Positions 34,477 to 44,512 are shown, counted from the stretch's first letter. The stretch is DNA of 49,161 nucleotides from Clostridia bacterium (GCA_017503225.1 JAFVTM010000053.1:1-49161); one strand, 5' to 3'. Translations and numbers: made by a program. Notes: generated by a model not told the origin, from the letters alone.

Positions 34477-35479
34477 TCTCTATATCTCCTTTTAATTCTT
34501 CAAGGCTGATGTCATCATTGAAACATTTTTTAACAAAAAGCTGTTGTGCTATCTGGATAAGGTTGCTTACTGTCCAGTAAAGACCGATTGCAGCGGGAAG
34601 AGTGAACGCGAACCATGCCGAAAAGAGTGGCATAATCAAAGTCATTGTTTTCATAGTATCGCCGCCTGCGGGAGTCTTTGGCTTTTCGTTTTCAGCCAGA
34701 ACTATATTTTTGTCAGTTTTCTTTTTGCCGTTTATAATACGGCTTGAAAGCCATGAACTAAAACCTGAAAGGATAGGGATTATCCACAAAAGAACAGTAG
34801 AAAGGGTCAGGTTTGCGATGTTCCCCGTGAACAAACCCAGAAGCGCACCAAGGCTTGGAACTTCCGAAAGGTCAATGCCAAAGAAATTAAAGTCAATGGC
34901 GCGGAGTGAATTGTCCCAGGAAAGAATTGCAGGATGCTGCAAAATCTCAGGGTGTTTGAAGATTGCCTGAGCAATCTGGATTTCGTTTGCACCAAAAGAG
35001 TTGTTTGCAAACTTTTCACCATAAGTAACGGGAACAACCTTTGTAAGTGATTCGGGTAGGCTTTCCATATTGGCACTTGCCCAAGCGTTGAAAGCTTCGG
35101 CTATGCGCCATGTTTCGGAAAAGTCAACACCCATCATGTATACGATAGGCTTTCTAACCACCCAGTAAAGGGCGAATATAATGGGAAGCTGTATAATCAT
35201 AGGTAAACAGCCGCTCATAGGGCTGATGCCGTACTTCTGATAAAGCATCATTGTTTCCTGATTAAGTTTTTCCTTGTCGTTGGCATACTTCTTCTGCACT
35301 TCCATAAGAAGCGGCTGAATTTTCTGAGTCTTTGACATGGAACGACGCTGCTTTAAATCTAGTGGAAAAAGAAGCAGCTTGATAAAAACGGTAAAAAGAA
35401 TAATGGCAAAACCATAGTTGCCGATAATTCGGTAAAAAAGGTCGAGTATCCATCCAAGTGCCGTCATTATATAGGTCAT
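34439..35479 (-). CDS. yidC: Membrane protein insertase YidC/SpoIIIJ
   Basis: FAIILFTVFIKLLLFPL...Q.KMQ-type helix (KTQKIQPLLMEVQKKY), GCLPMIIQLPIIFALY, and a basic C-tail KSRKKRKKSR. Start at ATG 35479 after GGAGG. The 3' end overlaps the jag start by 38 nt. Confidence 0.9.
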   Translation of the reverse strand: MTYIMTALGWILDLFYRIIGNYGFAIILFTVFIKLLLFPLDLKQRRSMSKTQKIQPLLMEVQKKYANDKEKLNQETMMLYQKYGISPMSGCLPMIIQLPIIFALYWVVRKPIVYMMGVDFSETWRIAEAFNAWASANMESLPESLTKVVPVTYGEKFANNSFGANEIQIAQAIFKHPEILQHPAILSWDNSLRAIDFNFFGIDLSEVPSLGALLGLFTGNIANLTLSTVLLWIIPILSGFSSWLSSRIINGKKKTDKNIVLAENEKPKTPAGGDTMKTMTLIMPLFSAWFAFTLPAAIGLYWTVSNLIQIAQQLFVKKCFNDDISLEELKGDIENVKSRKKRKKSR

Positions 35480-35524
35480 AAAAATACCTCCGTTTGTCAG
35501 CAGTATAATCAAATAAAGTGTGGA

Positions 35525-35743
35525 TTATGGCATATCAATGCCGCCCTTTGAAAAAGGATTGCATCTCAAAATGCGCCATACAGCTTTTAAAGAGCCCTTG
35601 AAAGGACCATATTTCTGGATTGCGAGAATTGCATACTCCGAGCAAGTAGGATAAAACCGACATGATGGTGGTTTTAGTGGTGAAATAACATGGCGGTAAA
35701 AGGAAATTCCTTTGATAATGATGAAAGAAAGCAGTTTATTCAT
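35525..35743 (-). CDS. yidD: Membrane protein insertion efficiency factor YidD
   Basis: [49 protein letters not shown]. Confidence 0.93.
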   Translation of the reverse strand: MNKLLSFIIIKGISFYRHVISPLKPPSCRFYPTCSEYAILAIQKYGPFKGSLKAVWRILRCNPFSKGGIDMP

Positions 35744-36089
35744 CGCAGGTCACCCCAAGCTCTTTTGCAGCCTGCAGGAAATCTGCACTGAGCTTTGAAA
35801 AGGGGACCGTGGCCGTGCGACCCCGTGCCACCATGACAAAGTCAAAACCGCATTTGAGGTTTTTGATATTCAATTTGTATACCTCGCGCAATCTTCGTTT
35901 TGCACGGTTTCTGACAACTGCTTTGCCAATTTTTTTGCTTACGGTGATGCCCACACGATTGGTGGCAAGACCGTTTCTTTTTGTATAAAGGACAACAGAA
36001 GGAGTAACCGATGAAGAACCGCGCTGGTAGAGCTTTTTGAACTGAGTATTTGAGTTCAGGCTTGTTATACCATTGGCAGATTTTCTCAT
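35736..36089 (-). CDS. rnpA: Ribonuclease P protein component
   Basis: [27 protein letters not shown] (RNR motif). It overlaps the yidD start by 8 nt. Confidence 0.92.
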   Translation of the reverse strand: MRKSANGITSLNSNTQFKKLYQRGSSSVTPSVVLYTKRNGLATNRVGITVSKKIGKAVVRNRAKRRLREVYKLNIKNLKCGFDFVMVARGRTATVPFSKLSADFLQAAKELGVTCDE

Positions 36090-36141
36090 AAAATTTCTCC
36101 TGTCAGGCAGATAGCGTCAAATAACCCGCAAAACTTTCCCC

Positions 36142-36174
36142 AAAAAAGTGCGTCTTATAGTCAAAAAGACGCAC
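36142..36174 (-). terminator. Hairpin plus T6 between rpmH and rnpA (attenuator)
   Basis: The minus strand reads GTGCGTCTT / 9-nt loop / AAGACGCAC, then TTTTTT. Confidence 0.65.
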
Positions 36175-36184
36175 AAAGGCGTCT

Positions 36185-36319
36185 TTAGGCTGACAATTTC
36201 TTTCTGCCTTTAAGTCTTCTTCTGGCTAAAACCTTGCGGCCATTGCTGGTCGACATTCTTTTTCTGAAACCATGCTCTTTGGCTCTGTGTCTTTTCTTAG
36301 GCTGAAATGTTCTAAGCAT
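36185..36319 (-). CDS. rpmH: 50S ribosomal protein L34 (absent from the supplied ORF track because it is under 60 aa)
   Basis: Hand translation of the minus strand gives [44 protein letters not shown] (44 aa). GGAGGG RBS, and the canonical position between rnpA and dnaA. Confidence 0.93.
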   Translation of the reverse strand: MLRTFQPKKRHRAKEHGFRKRMSTSNGRKVLARRRLKGRKKLSA

Positions 36320-36425
36320 TTGTATCCCTCCAATTCAGTTCTTAAAATATATAAGAAATTTAATAATAATCTGTAAAACAGCATTTATCATTGTAGCACA
36401 AGATGTCATATATGTCAAGAGTTTA

Positions 36426-36434
36426 TGTGGGTAA
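36426..36434. promoter_or_regulatory. Single DnaA-box-like 9-mer in the rpmH-dnaA spacer
   Basis: TGTGGGTAA versus TGTGGATAA (one mismatch). This is the only 9-mer with one mismatch or fewer that I found by eye in 36320-36693. Confidence 0.35.
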
Positions 36435-36693
36435 AATTTTTAAAAATTTTTATTTTAGAAAAAAACCATAGATGTTGTAAAATAAGAACGAGAAAAATCA
36501 ATATTTTGTGTTTTAACTCATTTTCACACTATTTGCAAAGGTTTTTTGAAAATTTTGCTATTGAAAAAGGAATAAAAATCTGTTATTATTAGTGTGTATG
36601 ATTATGAAATAATGGTAAACTGCGGGCATTTCCCCTTTTTGCTCGAAACGTACCATTTATATATACATAATTAAATTGAAAGGAGATTTGGCT

Positions 36694-38010
36694 TTGGAAG
36701 AACTTAAGCAAATCTGGCAAAAAGTTCTTGAGGACCTGGCCGAAGAAGTTTCGGCGGTTTCGTTTGATTCATGGATAAAGCCCATTGAGGCTGTGGAAAT
36801 CAACGATACAAGAATTGTTCTAAAAGTTCCTTTTGCTGTTAATAAAAATATGATAATGACCAAGTATTTTTCCCTTATTGAAAGCTGTCTTGAGTCGGTT
36901 ACATCCCATAAGTTTGATATTGATGTGTTAGTGGATGAGGAAAAGGATTTCCCAAAAGAAATTGACCATATTACAACAGAAAATACCCTTAATCCCAAAT
37001 ATACGTTTTCATCTTTTGTGGTAGGTAACAACAACAACCTTGCATATGTTGCGTCGCTGGCTGTGGCAGAGCGTCCTGCAAAAACTTACAATCCTTTGTT
37101 TTTGTACGGCGGCAGCGGTCTTGGAAAGACACATCTTATGCAGGCGATAGGAAACTATTTTATTGAAAATTATCCGAAGAAAAGAGTTCTTTATACCACA
37201 AGTGAAAAATTCACTTATGAGCTTGTTACTGCTATCCGCGAAAAGACCAATCAGGCATTTCGGAATAAATACAGAAACGTTGACCTTTTGCTTATTGACG
37301 ACGTTCAGTTTTTGGCAAACAGGGAACTTGCTCAGGAGGAATTTTTCCATACCTTCAATGCACTTTATGAAATGGACAAGCAGATTGTTCTCACATCAGA
37401 TAGACTTCCGTCAGAAATTCCTCAGCTTGAGGAAAGACTTGTTACAAGGTTCAACAGTGGACTTTTAGCTGACGTTCAGCCACCTGACTATGAAACTCGT
37501 ATGGCTATTCTCAAAAACAAAATCCAGAGTGAATATTTGTCGGTGGATGATGAAATCATGGAGTTTATTGCAGACAGCATCAAGTCAAATGTCCGTGACC
37601 TTGAGGGTGCGGTGAAGAGAATCTTGGTTTATGCGGGAATAAAACGTACCAACGAAATTTCTATGGAGCTTGCAACAGAGGCTCTTCGTGATATACTTTC
37701 TTCACAACCAGAAAGGGCGATTACCACCAAAGTCATCATTGATGAGGTTGAAAAGTATTATGGACTTTCAAAAGGCTCTCTTGTTTCAAAGAAGAGGTCT
37801 GCTGACGTTGCACTCCCGAGACAGATTGCTATGTACATAGCAAGGGAAATCCTTGATGATCCGTCATTCCCCAAGATTGGTGAGGCTTTTGGCGGTCGTG
37901 ACCATACCACTGTGCTTCATAATGTAAGAAAGATTGCAAAAGATATTGAAACTGATAGCGAGGTTTCAAAGTCAGTTAAAGAAATTATTTCCAATATCAA
38001 AAAAGGTTGA
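36694..38010 (+). CDS. dnaA: Chromosomal replication initiator DnaA
   Basis: NPLFLYGGSGLGKTHLMQAIGN, LLIDDVQFLANRE, the sensor and box VII regions, and the C-terminal HTH FGGRDHTTVLHN. The likely start is TTG 36694 (8 nt after AAAGGAGA). The ORF track opens at TTG 36676, which precedes that RBS. Confidence 0.93.
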   Translation: MEELKQIWQKVLEDLAEEVSAVSFDSWIKPIEAVEINDTRIVLKVPFAVNKNMIMTKYFSLIESCLESVTSHKFDIDVLVDEEKDFPKEIDHITTENTLNPKYTFSSFVVGNNNNLAYVASLAVAERPAKTYNPLFLYGGSGLGKTHLMQAIGNYFIENYPKKRVLYTTSEKFTYELVTAIREKTNQAFRNKYRNVDLLLIDDVQFLANRELAQEEFFHTFNALYEMDKQIVLTSDRLPSEIPQLEERLVTRFNSGLLADVQPPDYETRMAILKNKIQSEYLSVDDEIMEFIADSIKSNVRDLEGAVKRILVYAGIKRTNEISMELATEALRDILSSQPERAITTKVIIDEVEKYYGLSKGSLVSKKRSADVALPRQIAMYIAREILDDPSFPKIGEAFGGRDHTTVLHNVRKIAKDIETDSEVSKSVKEIISNIKKG

Positions 38011-38017
38011 TTTGGCT

Positions 38018-39412
38018 ATGAAAGAATTTGACACAATTTGTGCGATTGCCACCCCCGTAGGTGTGGGTGGTATTGCCATTATAAGAGTAAGCGGAAGTGT
38101 TGCTGAAGCGGCGGTTGGTAAAATCGCTTTTCCCCGAAACGGAAAAAAGATTGAAGACCTTGAAAGCCACAAGCTTACACTTTCCGATATAAAAGCGTCA
38201 AAAAACGGCGAAATGCTTGATGAGGCTCTGGTTGTTGTTATGAGAGGCTCAAATTCTTATACGGGCGAGACCGTTGTTGAAATAAACTGTCACGGCGGCT
38301 ATCTTGCGGCGGAGTCAATAATGGAGGAACTGTTTTCTGCAGGCGTGAGACAAGCGGAAGCGGGCGAGTTCACAAGACGTGCTTTTGTGAACGGGAAGCT
38401 TGATTTGGCAAGAGCAGAGGCTGTGATTGACCTTATTCATGCAAATTCCGAGAAGGGTCAGTCAAATGCTGCGAAAATCCTTTCAGGAAGGCTTTCCGAA
38501 AAGGTGAACAAAATACGTGACAAGGCGGTTTTGTTTGCGGCGAATATTTCTGCGGTGGCGGATTATCCTGATGAGGTTGACGAGATACCAAGAGATGAGC
38601 TTATAGATAAAATTGACGGAATTGCCAAAGATATTGATGAGATGCTTGCAGGGTTTTCAAAAGGTAAGATTATGCGTGATGGTGTTTTAACCGTTATTGC
38701 AGGAAGACCCAATGTGGGGAAGTCGTCGCTGCTTAATGCTCTTACCAGAACGGACAGAGCGATAGTGACAGACATTCCCGGCACAACCCGGGATACTGTT
38801 GAAGAATATGTCAATATAAATGGCATAGCCCTTCGCCTGATTGATACTGCTGGAATCCGTGAAAGTGAAAATTCGGTTGAGCGAATAGGTATTGAAAGGG
38901 CAAAGGAAAATATTAAATCGGCAGACCTTTGTTTGTTTGTTCTTGATTCATCGGCGGGTATTTCAGCAGAGGATTTGGAAATTTTTGAGTATACAAAAGG
39001 TAAAAATATAATAGTTATATTAAATAAGACGGACATTGCCACTTGCACGGATGTTTCAAAGGTTGCAGACGCGCTTGGTGTAAATGAAGAGAACATCATT
39101 TTGACCTCTTTGCCAAAAGAGGGAAATGTTCTTGGAATAACTGAGCTTGAAGAAATTATAACCCGGATGTTTATGGCAGGGACGGTTTCAAAAGACGATG
39201 TGTTTATTTCAAACGACAGACAAAAGAATGCTCTTATCAAGGCGAAAAAAATCGCCACAGAAATGACAAAAAGTGTGGAATGCGGTATGCCCGCGGACAT
39301 GCTTTATGTTGACCTTGAAGAGTTGATTGCAGCACTTGGGGAGATTACCGGTCAAACCGTTCAGGACGAAATTATTGACAAGGTTTTTGAGAGATTTTGC
39401 GTGGGCAAGTAA
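38018..39412 (+). CDS. mnmE: tRNA modification GTPase MnmE
   Basis: DTICAIATPVGVGGIAIIRVSG, G-domain GRPNVGKSSLLNAL / DTAG / NKTD, and the C-terminal FCVGK motif. ATG 38018 lies 7 nt after the dnaA stop. Confidence 0.92.
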   Translation: MKEFDTICAIATPVGVGGIAIIRVSGSVAEAAVGKIAFPRNGKKIEDLESHKLTLSDIKASKNGEMLDEALVVVMRGSNSYTGETVVEINCHGGYLAAESIMEELFSAGVRQAEAGEFTRRAFVNGKLDLARAEAVIDLIHANSEKGQSNAAKILSGRLSEKVNKIRDKAVLFAANISAVADYPDEVDEIPRDELIDKIDGIAKDIDEMLAGFSKGKIMRDGVLTVIAGRPNVGKSSLLNALTRTDRAIVTDIPGTTRDTVEEYVNINGIALRLIDTAGIRESENSVERIGIERAKENIKSADLCLFVLDSSAGISAEDLEIFEYTKGKNIIVILNKTDIATCTDVSKVADALGVNEENIILTSLPKEGNVLGITELEEIITRMFMAGTVSKDDVFISNDRQKNALIKAKKIATEMTKSVECGMPADMLYVDLEELIAALGEITGQTVQDEIIDKVFERFCVGK

Positions 39413-39466
39413 AGTTGCTATTTAATAAGGAAGAAATCGGGAGAACTTCCGGAGGAAATGAGAAAT

Positions 39467-40450
39467 ATGAAAAAAGGTTTTGAGATTGAGTTTGCCTTTG
39501 TGGAAAAGTGGGGCAGGCTCGCAAAAGGTGAATATCTTAAGATATATTTGTATGCGCTCAGCAATTACAAAAAAAACGGCACGGTTTTGTCGCCCGCGGA
39601 TATTTCAAAAAAATTGCATATCAGCCTTGATGAAGTTTTATTAGCTATTGAATTCTGGATTACTGCAGAGGTTTTGTTGGAAAAAGGTGAGGGTTATGCT
39701 TTTTGTGATCATGAAGAACCTGAAAAAAGAGAGGCAAAAGACATAAAAGCACACCTCAGAAAAAGACCGTCTTACACTGCGGCTGAAATTGATGCGGCGG
39801 CATCTGTCAACAAAAATGTTGATTATCTTTTGCGTCAGGCAGAGGAGATTTTGGGAAAGCTCCTGAGTCCCTCTGATTTTGAGCTTATTTATTCTTTTGT
39901 TGACTGGCTTGGCCTTCCTGTTGAGGTTGTGATTATGCTTCTTCGGTTTGCGAAGTCTCAGGGCAAGCTTGGGAAACGCTATCTTGAAACGGTGGCTATT
40001 GACTGGGCAGAAAAGGGAATTGATACCTATGAAAGTGCTGAGGAGTATATAAAAGAGATTGAAAAAAGGCTTTCAAATGAGGGCAAAATCCGTGGCATAC
40101 TTGGGATTTATGACAGAGCCTTGAGCCAGACCGAGAAAAAGTATATAAACCTCTGGACTGCTGAAAATCAAATTCCGATTGATTTGATAAGGGAAGCTTA
40201 TGACAGAACGGTTGCATCAACCGGAAAACTGGCGTGGGCATATATGAATAAAATTCTCGTAAGCTGGCAGAATGAGGGCGTAAAAACCTTAAAACAGCTT
40301 GAAAAATATGAGGCAAAAAAACCGCAGGGTGACTTGGGAAAAGAAAAATCGGGCGGAAAGAAGAGCAGATTCAATAATTATGAAGACACAAACAAACCTG
40401 ATTATACAAATTTTGCGGAAGAGATATTAAATGAAATGCTGGAGGGATAA
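39467..40450 (+). CDS. DnaD-domain replication protein (DnaD/DnaB-like helicase-loading factor)
   Basis: N-terminal winged-helix-like region, then a DnaD-type repeat (LSPSDFELIYSFVDWLGLPVEVVIMLLRFA...YLETVAIDWAEKGI). It is paired with a DnaC/DnaI-like ATPase. Start likely ATG 39467 (11 nt after GGAGG). Confidence 0.7.
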   Translation: MKKGFEIEFAFVEKWGRLAKGEYLKIYLYALSNYKKNGTVLSPADISKKLHISLDEVLLAIEFWITAEVLLEKGEGYAFCDHEEPEKREAKDIKAHLRKRPSYTAAEIDAAASVNKNVDYLLRQAEEILGKLLSPSDFELIYSFVDWLGLPVEVVIMLLRFAKSQGKLGKRYLETVAIDWAEKGIDTYESAEEYIKEIEKRLSNEGKIRGILGIYDRALSQTEKKYINLWTAENQIPIDLIREAYDRTVASTGKLAWAYMNKILVSWQNEGVKTLKQLEKYEAKKPQGDLGKEKSGGKKSRFNNYEDTNKPDYTNFAEEILNEMLEG

Positions 40451-40452
40451 AT

Positions 40453-41427
40453 ATGGAATCAGCTTATGCACTTGCGAGCCGCGAACTTGAAAACATCCGT
40501 ATGGAAAATCAAGCCGAGCAGGCAAGGCGGCACAGTGAGATTTGTGCTAAAATTCCGAAATTTTCTGAGGTTGAAGCAGAACTTATGAAAAACGGAACAC
40601 GGCTTCTTGGTTGCATTCTTAATAAGAATGAGAGCTTTGAAGATGTGAAAAGCAGCATAAAGGCGCTTCAGCAAAAAAAGGCGGAGCTTTTGGTGGCAAA
40701 CGGTTTTTCGGAAGACTTTGCTGATGATATTTACAGCTGCACGATATGTCGTGATACGGGATTTGTTGAGGGAAAGCGTTGTGTGTGTCTCAAAAATCTC
40801 ATCAAAAAGCATATAGGAGCAAACTCAAACCTCACCGAGTTTATGAGAGGTCAGACATTTGAAAAGTTTGATATGTCACTTTTTGCAAATCAGGGCGAGG
40901 GGACTGACAAAGTTCTTAAAATTATGCAGATTGTCTGTGATACTGCATATAGCTTTGCTGAAAATTTTGACAAAAACCATGAGAACCTTTTGATTATGGG
41001 AAATGCAGGTACAGGAAAGACCTTTGTTTCAAGCTGCATTGCAAATCATGCTCTCGAACGTGGAAAATCAGTTTATTATCAGACGGCGTTCAAGCTCTTT
41101 CAGTTGTTTGAGGATGCCAAGTTCGGTAAAGGCGACGAGAGTGAAGCGGCTGAAATTGTCAGATATGTTTATGATGTTGACCTTTTGATTATTGATGACC
41201 TTGGCACCGAATTTTTGACACAATATACAACGGCAGCGCTTTTCGACATAATAAATTCAAGGATAACATCTGGAAAAAGCACGGTTATTTCAACAAATCT
41301 TGCTTTTGAAGAGCTTTCAAATATGTATAGCCAGAGAATGACTTCGAGATTCAGGGGTGAATATAAGATAATTCAGACTCTTGGAAAAGACATTCGCGAA
41401 ATTATACATCAAAGAGATAAAAAATAA
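40453..41427 (+). CDS. DnaC/DnaI (IstB-like) AAA+ helicase loader
   Basis: N-terminal Cys-rich segment CTICRDTGFVEGKRCVC, Walker A LIMGNAGTGKTF, Walker B LLIIDDLG, sensor STN. Confidence 0.8.
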   Translation: MESAYALASRELENIRMENQAEQARRHSEICAKIPKFSEVEAELMKNGTRLLGCILNKNESFEDVKSSIKALQQKKAELLVANGFSEDFADDIYSCTICRDTGFVEGKRCVCLKNLIKKHIGANSNLTEFMRGQTFEKFDMSLFANQGEGTDKVLKIMQIVCDTAYSFAENFDKNHENLLIMGNAGTGKTFVSSCIANHALERGKSVYYQTAFKLFQLFEDAKFGKGDESEAAEIVRYVYDVDLLIIDDLGTEFLTQYTTAALFDIINSRITSGKSTVISTNLAFEELSNMYSQRMTSRFRGEYKIIQTLGKDIREIIHQRDKK

Positions 41428-41481
41428 TAAATTAAATAAGGGATAATAAGAATTGTAGAAAACGACAGGGGGAATTTTTGA

Positions 41482-42837
41482 GTGAGACTTAAAGGAAAGA
41501 CGATAGTAGGTCCTGCCACTTTCAAAGGGGGTATACACCCCAATGATATGAAGGCTGCTACATGCAAAAGACCAATTGTAGACCTTCCGGCATCAAAGGA
41601 AATGGTTTATCCGCTTCAGCAGAGCCTTGGTGTGCCTGCTGTTCCTTGCGTTGAGGTTGGCGACAGGGTTTTGATGGGACAGAAAATTGCGGAAGCTGGC
41701 GGGTTCGTTTCAGCACATATTCATTCCGCTGTTTCGGGGACAGTTACTGGGATAGAGCCGAGAATGACTGTTTCGGGAATAAAAATGAATTCAATTATTA
41801 TTGAGAACGATGAACTTGACGAGCTTTGTGATGATATAAAGCCGTTGGACTGGAAAAAGCTTTCTCCCAAAGAGATTGTTGACGCTGTTCGTGAGGCAGG
41901 AGTTGTGGGCCTTGGCGGAGCTACGTTCCCAACTCATATAAAGCTCAGCCCACCCGAGGGAAAGAAAATAGAATATCTTATAATAAATGGTGCAGAGTGT
42001 GAACCTTATCTCACTTCTGACCACAGAGCTATGCTTGAGACCCCTGAGGAAATTATTGAGGGTATGAAAATAATGCTCAAGGTTTTTGGACTCAAGGTTG
42101 CTTATATTGGAATTGAAATAAACAAGCCTGATGCAATCAAGAAGATTGCGGAATTTGCTGAAAAGGAAAAGGACGTCACAATAAAGGTTGTGAAGCTCAA
42201 AACCAAGTATCCTCAAGGCTCTGAAAAACATCTTATTAAGGCTGTGACCGGAAAGGAAGTTCAGTCAGGAAAGCTTCCGGTGGATGCAGGTGCAGTTGTT
42301 GATAATATTGATACTTGTGCGGCTATCGGAAGAGTATTTTTGTACGGTGCACCGCTGCTTAAGAGAATTGTGACTGTAAGCGGTGATTGCATTCAGACCC
42401 CATCAAACTTCAGGGTGAGAATTGGTACAAATGTCCAGGATGTAATAGAGCATTGCGGTGGCTTTATAAAGCCTGCGGCAAAGGTAATAATCGGCGGTCC
42501 TATGATGGGTGTGGCGATTTCTGATGTTGATATTCCCATTATAAAAGGAAGTGCCGGAATCCTTGGCTTCAGTGCTGATATGGTAGCAAAGAAAAAGGTT
42601 CAGAACTGCCTGAGATGCGGAAAGTGCGTTGAGGGTTGTCCTATGAATCTTCTTCCAAATGCTCTCAAGGATGCGGTTATAAAAGAAGACTTTGATAAAC
42701 TTAATAAGCTTGGTCTTATGGATTGTATTCAGTGTGGCTCTTGTACATATGTGTGTCCTGCTGAACAGACACCGCTTCAGTACATAAGAACCGGAAAAGC
42801 AAAGCTTATGAAAGCAAGACAGGAGGCGAAGAAGTAA
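41482..42837 (+). CDS. rnfC: Rnf complex subunit C
   Basis: GLGGATFPTHIKL, and two ferredoxin motifs CLRCGKCVEGCP and CIQCGSCTYVCP. GTG start after AGGGGGAA. Confidence 0.92.
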   Translation: MRLKGKTIVGPATFKGGIHPNDMKAATCKRPIVDLPASKEMVYPLQQSLGVPAVPCVEVGDRVLMGQKIAEAGGFVSAHIHSAVSGTVTGIEPRMTVSGIKMNSIIIENDELDELCDDIKPLDWKKLSPKEIVDAVREAGVVGLGGATFPTHIKLSPPEGKKIEYLIINGAECEPYLTSDHRAMLETPEEIIEGMKIMLKVFGLKVAYIGIEINKPDAIKKIAEFAEKEKDVTIKVVKLKTKYPQGSEKHLIKAVTGKEVQSGKLPVDAGAVVDNIDTCAAIGRVFLYGAPLLKRIVTVSGDCIQTPSNFRVRIGTNVQDVIEHCGGFIKPAAKVIIGGPMMGVAISDVDIPIIKGSAGILGFSADMVAKKKVQNCLRCGKCVEGCPMNLLPNALKDAVIKEDFDKLNKLGLMDCIQCGSCTYVCPAEQTPLQYIRTGKAKLMKARQEAKK

Positions 42838-43841
42838 TGGCTACTCAAAATGTAAATGAAATGCTTATCGTTACGGAAGCTCCTCATACTCGCGGAAAGA
42901 ATACCACATCAGGGATTATGCTTGATGTGATTATCGCACTTATTCCGGCACTTATTGCAGGAATTGTGGTGTTTGGGTTCAGGTCGCTTACCCTTGCTGT
43001 TGTTTGTATGGTATCGGCTGTCCTGTTTGAGTGGGCTTGGTGTAAAATTCTCAAGAAACCCTCAACTGTAGGGGATTTCAGTGCGGCGCTTACCGGTCTT
43101 TTGCTGGCACTTAATCTGCCGGTTACAATGCCCTATTGGATGGCGGTTTGCGGTTCGCTTTTTGCCATAATTGTTGTTAAACAGTTTTTTGGCGGAATCG
43201 GGCACAATTTTATGAACCCTGCTCTTGCGGCGCGTGCGTTTTTGCTTACCTCATGGGCGCAGGCAATGACCACTTGGGCTGTTCCTTTTTCAAAAACATC
43301 AATATTTTCAGGTGCGGATGCGGTGACATCTGCTACTCCACTTGGGATGATTAAAGAAGGAATGACAGATAGCCTCCCCTCATATATGGATTTGTTTTTA
43401 GGAAACATAGGCGGATGCGTTGGTGAGGTTTCGGCTGTTGCGATTTTAATTGGTGCGGCTTACCTTCTGGCAAGACGTGTTATCAGTATAAGAATACCAG
43501 GTGCATATATTCTGACGGTGGCTGTTCTTGCGTTTATATTTGGCGGAAAAGACGGCCTTTTCACCGGCGATGCACTTTATCACGTGTTGTCCGGCGGACT
43601 TTTGCTTGGTGCATTCTTTATGGCAACAGATTATGTTACAACACCCTATACTAAAAAAGGACAGATTATTTTTGGTGTAGGCTGTGGCGTTCTCACTGCT
43701 GTTATAAGGATTTATGGCGGATATCCCGAGGGTGTTTCTTATTCAATTCTTCTTATGAATGTGGTTTCACCTCTTATTGAGCGTTATACCGTTCCCCAAA
43801 AATACGGCATGGTTAAAGTGGAAAAGGGAGGTGCTAACTGA
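42837..43841 (+). CDS. rnfD: Rnf complex subunit D
   Basis: Polytopic membrane protein with NPALAARAF, FMATDYVTTP, and the flavinylation context AVTSATPL. Confidence 0.92.
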   Translation: MATQNVNEMLIVTEAPHTRGKNTTSGIMLDVIIALIPALIAGIVVFGFRSLTLAVVCMVSAVLFEWAWCKILKKPSTVGDFSAALTGLLLALNLPVTMPYWMAVCGSLFAIIVVKQFFGGIGHNFMNPALAARAFLLTSWAQAMTTWAVPFSKTSIFSGADAVTSATPLGMIKEGMTDSLPSYMDLFLGNIGGCVGEVSAVAILIGAAYLLARRVISIRIPGAYILTVAVLAFIFGGKDGLFTGDALYHVLSGGLLLGAFFMATDYVTTPYTKKGQIIFGVGCGVLTAVIRIYGGYPEGVSYSILLMNVVSPLIERYTVPQKYGMVKVEKGGAN

Positions 43842-44512
43842 TGTTTGGAAAAGAGACGATAGTTGTAGCAATCAAGCTTTTTGTGATAACTGCCGTTGCG
43901 GCACTTTGCCTTGCTTTTGTGAACAAGGTTACGGCACCGATTATTGCGGAAAACTCTGAGAATGCACAGACCAAGGCCCTTCAGAGTGTTCTGAGTGAAG
44001 CCAGCGAGTTTAAAAAGAGTACGACTGCTTTTGGAAGTGACGACAATACTGTGACCATTGACAGTGTGAATATCGGTTTCGCAAATTCTGAGGTTGTTGG
44101 ATATGCTGTGACTGTTACATCAAATGCCGGATATGGCGGTGATGTAAAGGTCATGGTAGGAATTGATAAGGACCTTGCGGTTACGGATATTGAAATTCTT
44201 GAATCTTCAGAAACGGCAGGTCTTGGTGCCAATGCTTCAAAGCCGAAGTTCAAGGATCAGTTTAAAGGCGCAAAAGGCGTACTTTCTGTTGTGAAAGGCA
44301 TAGCAAAGGACGGAGAGATTTCTGCTATTGCAAGTGCTACCATAACATCAAAGGCGGTTACTTCCTGCGTGAATGCGGCACTTGGTGCTGCAGAGGAAGT
44401 GCAGAAATCTGATGCTGCCGAAAATGCAGTACAGACTGAAAAGAAGCTTGAAGAAATCAAGCAGGAAACCGAAAAACAGATTGGAAATGTGACAGAAGGA
44501 GGGGACAAATAA
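43841..44512 (+). CDS. rnfG: Rnf complex subunit G (FMN-binding)
   Basis: N-terminal TM segment, SSETAGLG, and the covalent-FMN motif SATITS. It has a Glu/Lys-rich C-terminal tail. Confidence 0.9.
   Translation: MFGKETIVVAIKLFVITAVAALCLAFVNKVTAPIIAENSENAQTKALQSVLSEASEFKKSTTAFGSDDNTVTIDSVNIGFANSEVVGYAVTVTSNAGYGGDVKVMVGIDKDLAVTDIEILESSETAGLGANASKPKFKDQFKGAKGVLSVVKGIAKDGEISAIASATITSKAVTSCVNAALGAAEEVQKSDAAENAVQTEKKLEEIKQETEKQIGNVTEGGDK

Noticed and set aside
36320-36693. Calling the rpmH-dnaA spacer oriC
   Set aside because: It is AT-rich and in the classical position. However, I find only one 9-mer within one mismatch of the DnaA-box consensus. I therefore report it as a question rather than a feature.
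38563-39300. Long antisense ORFs inside well-supported genes: 38563-39300 (245 aa), 12820-13521 (233 aa), 13868-14473 (201 aa), 16232-16768 (178 aa), 1398-1907 (169 aa), 46060-46518 (152 aa), 41791-42231 (146 aa)
   Set aside because: These are shadow ORFs opposite strongly motif-supported CDSs. They have low-complexity or biased composition, no RBS and no recognisable domains.
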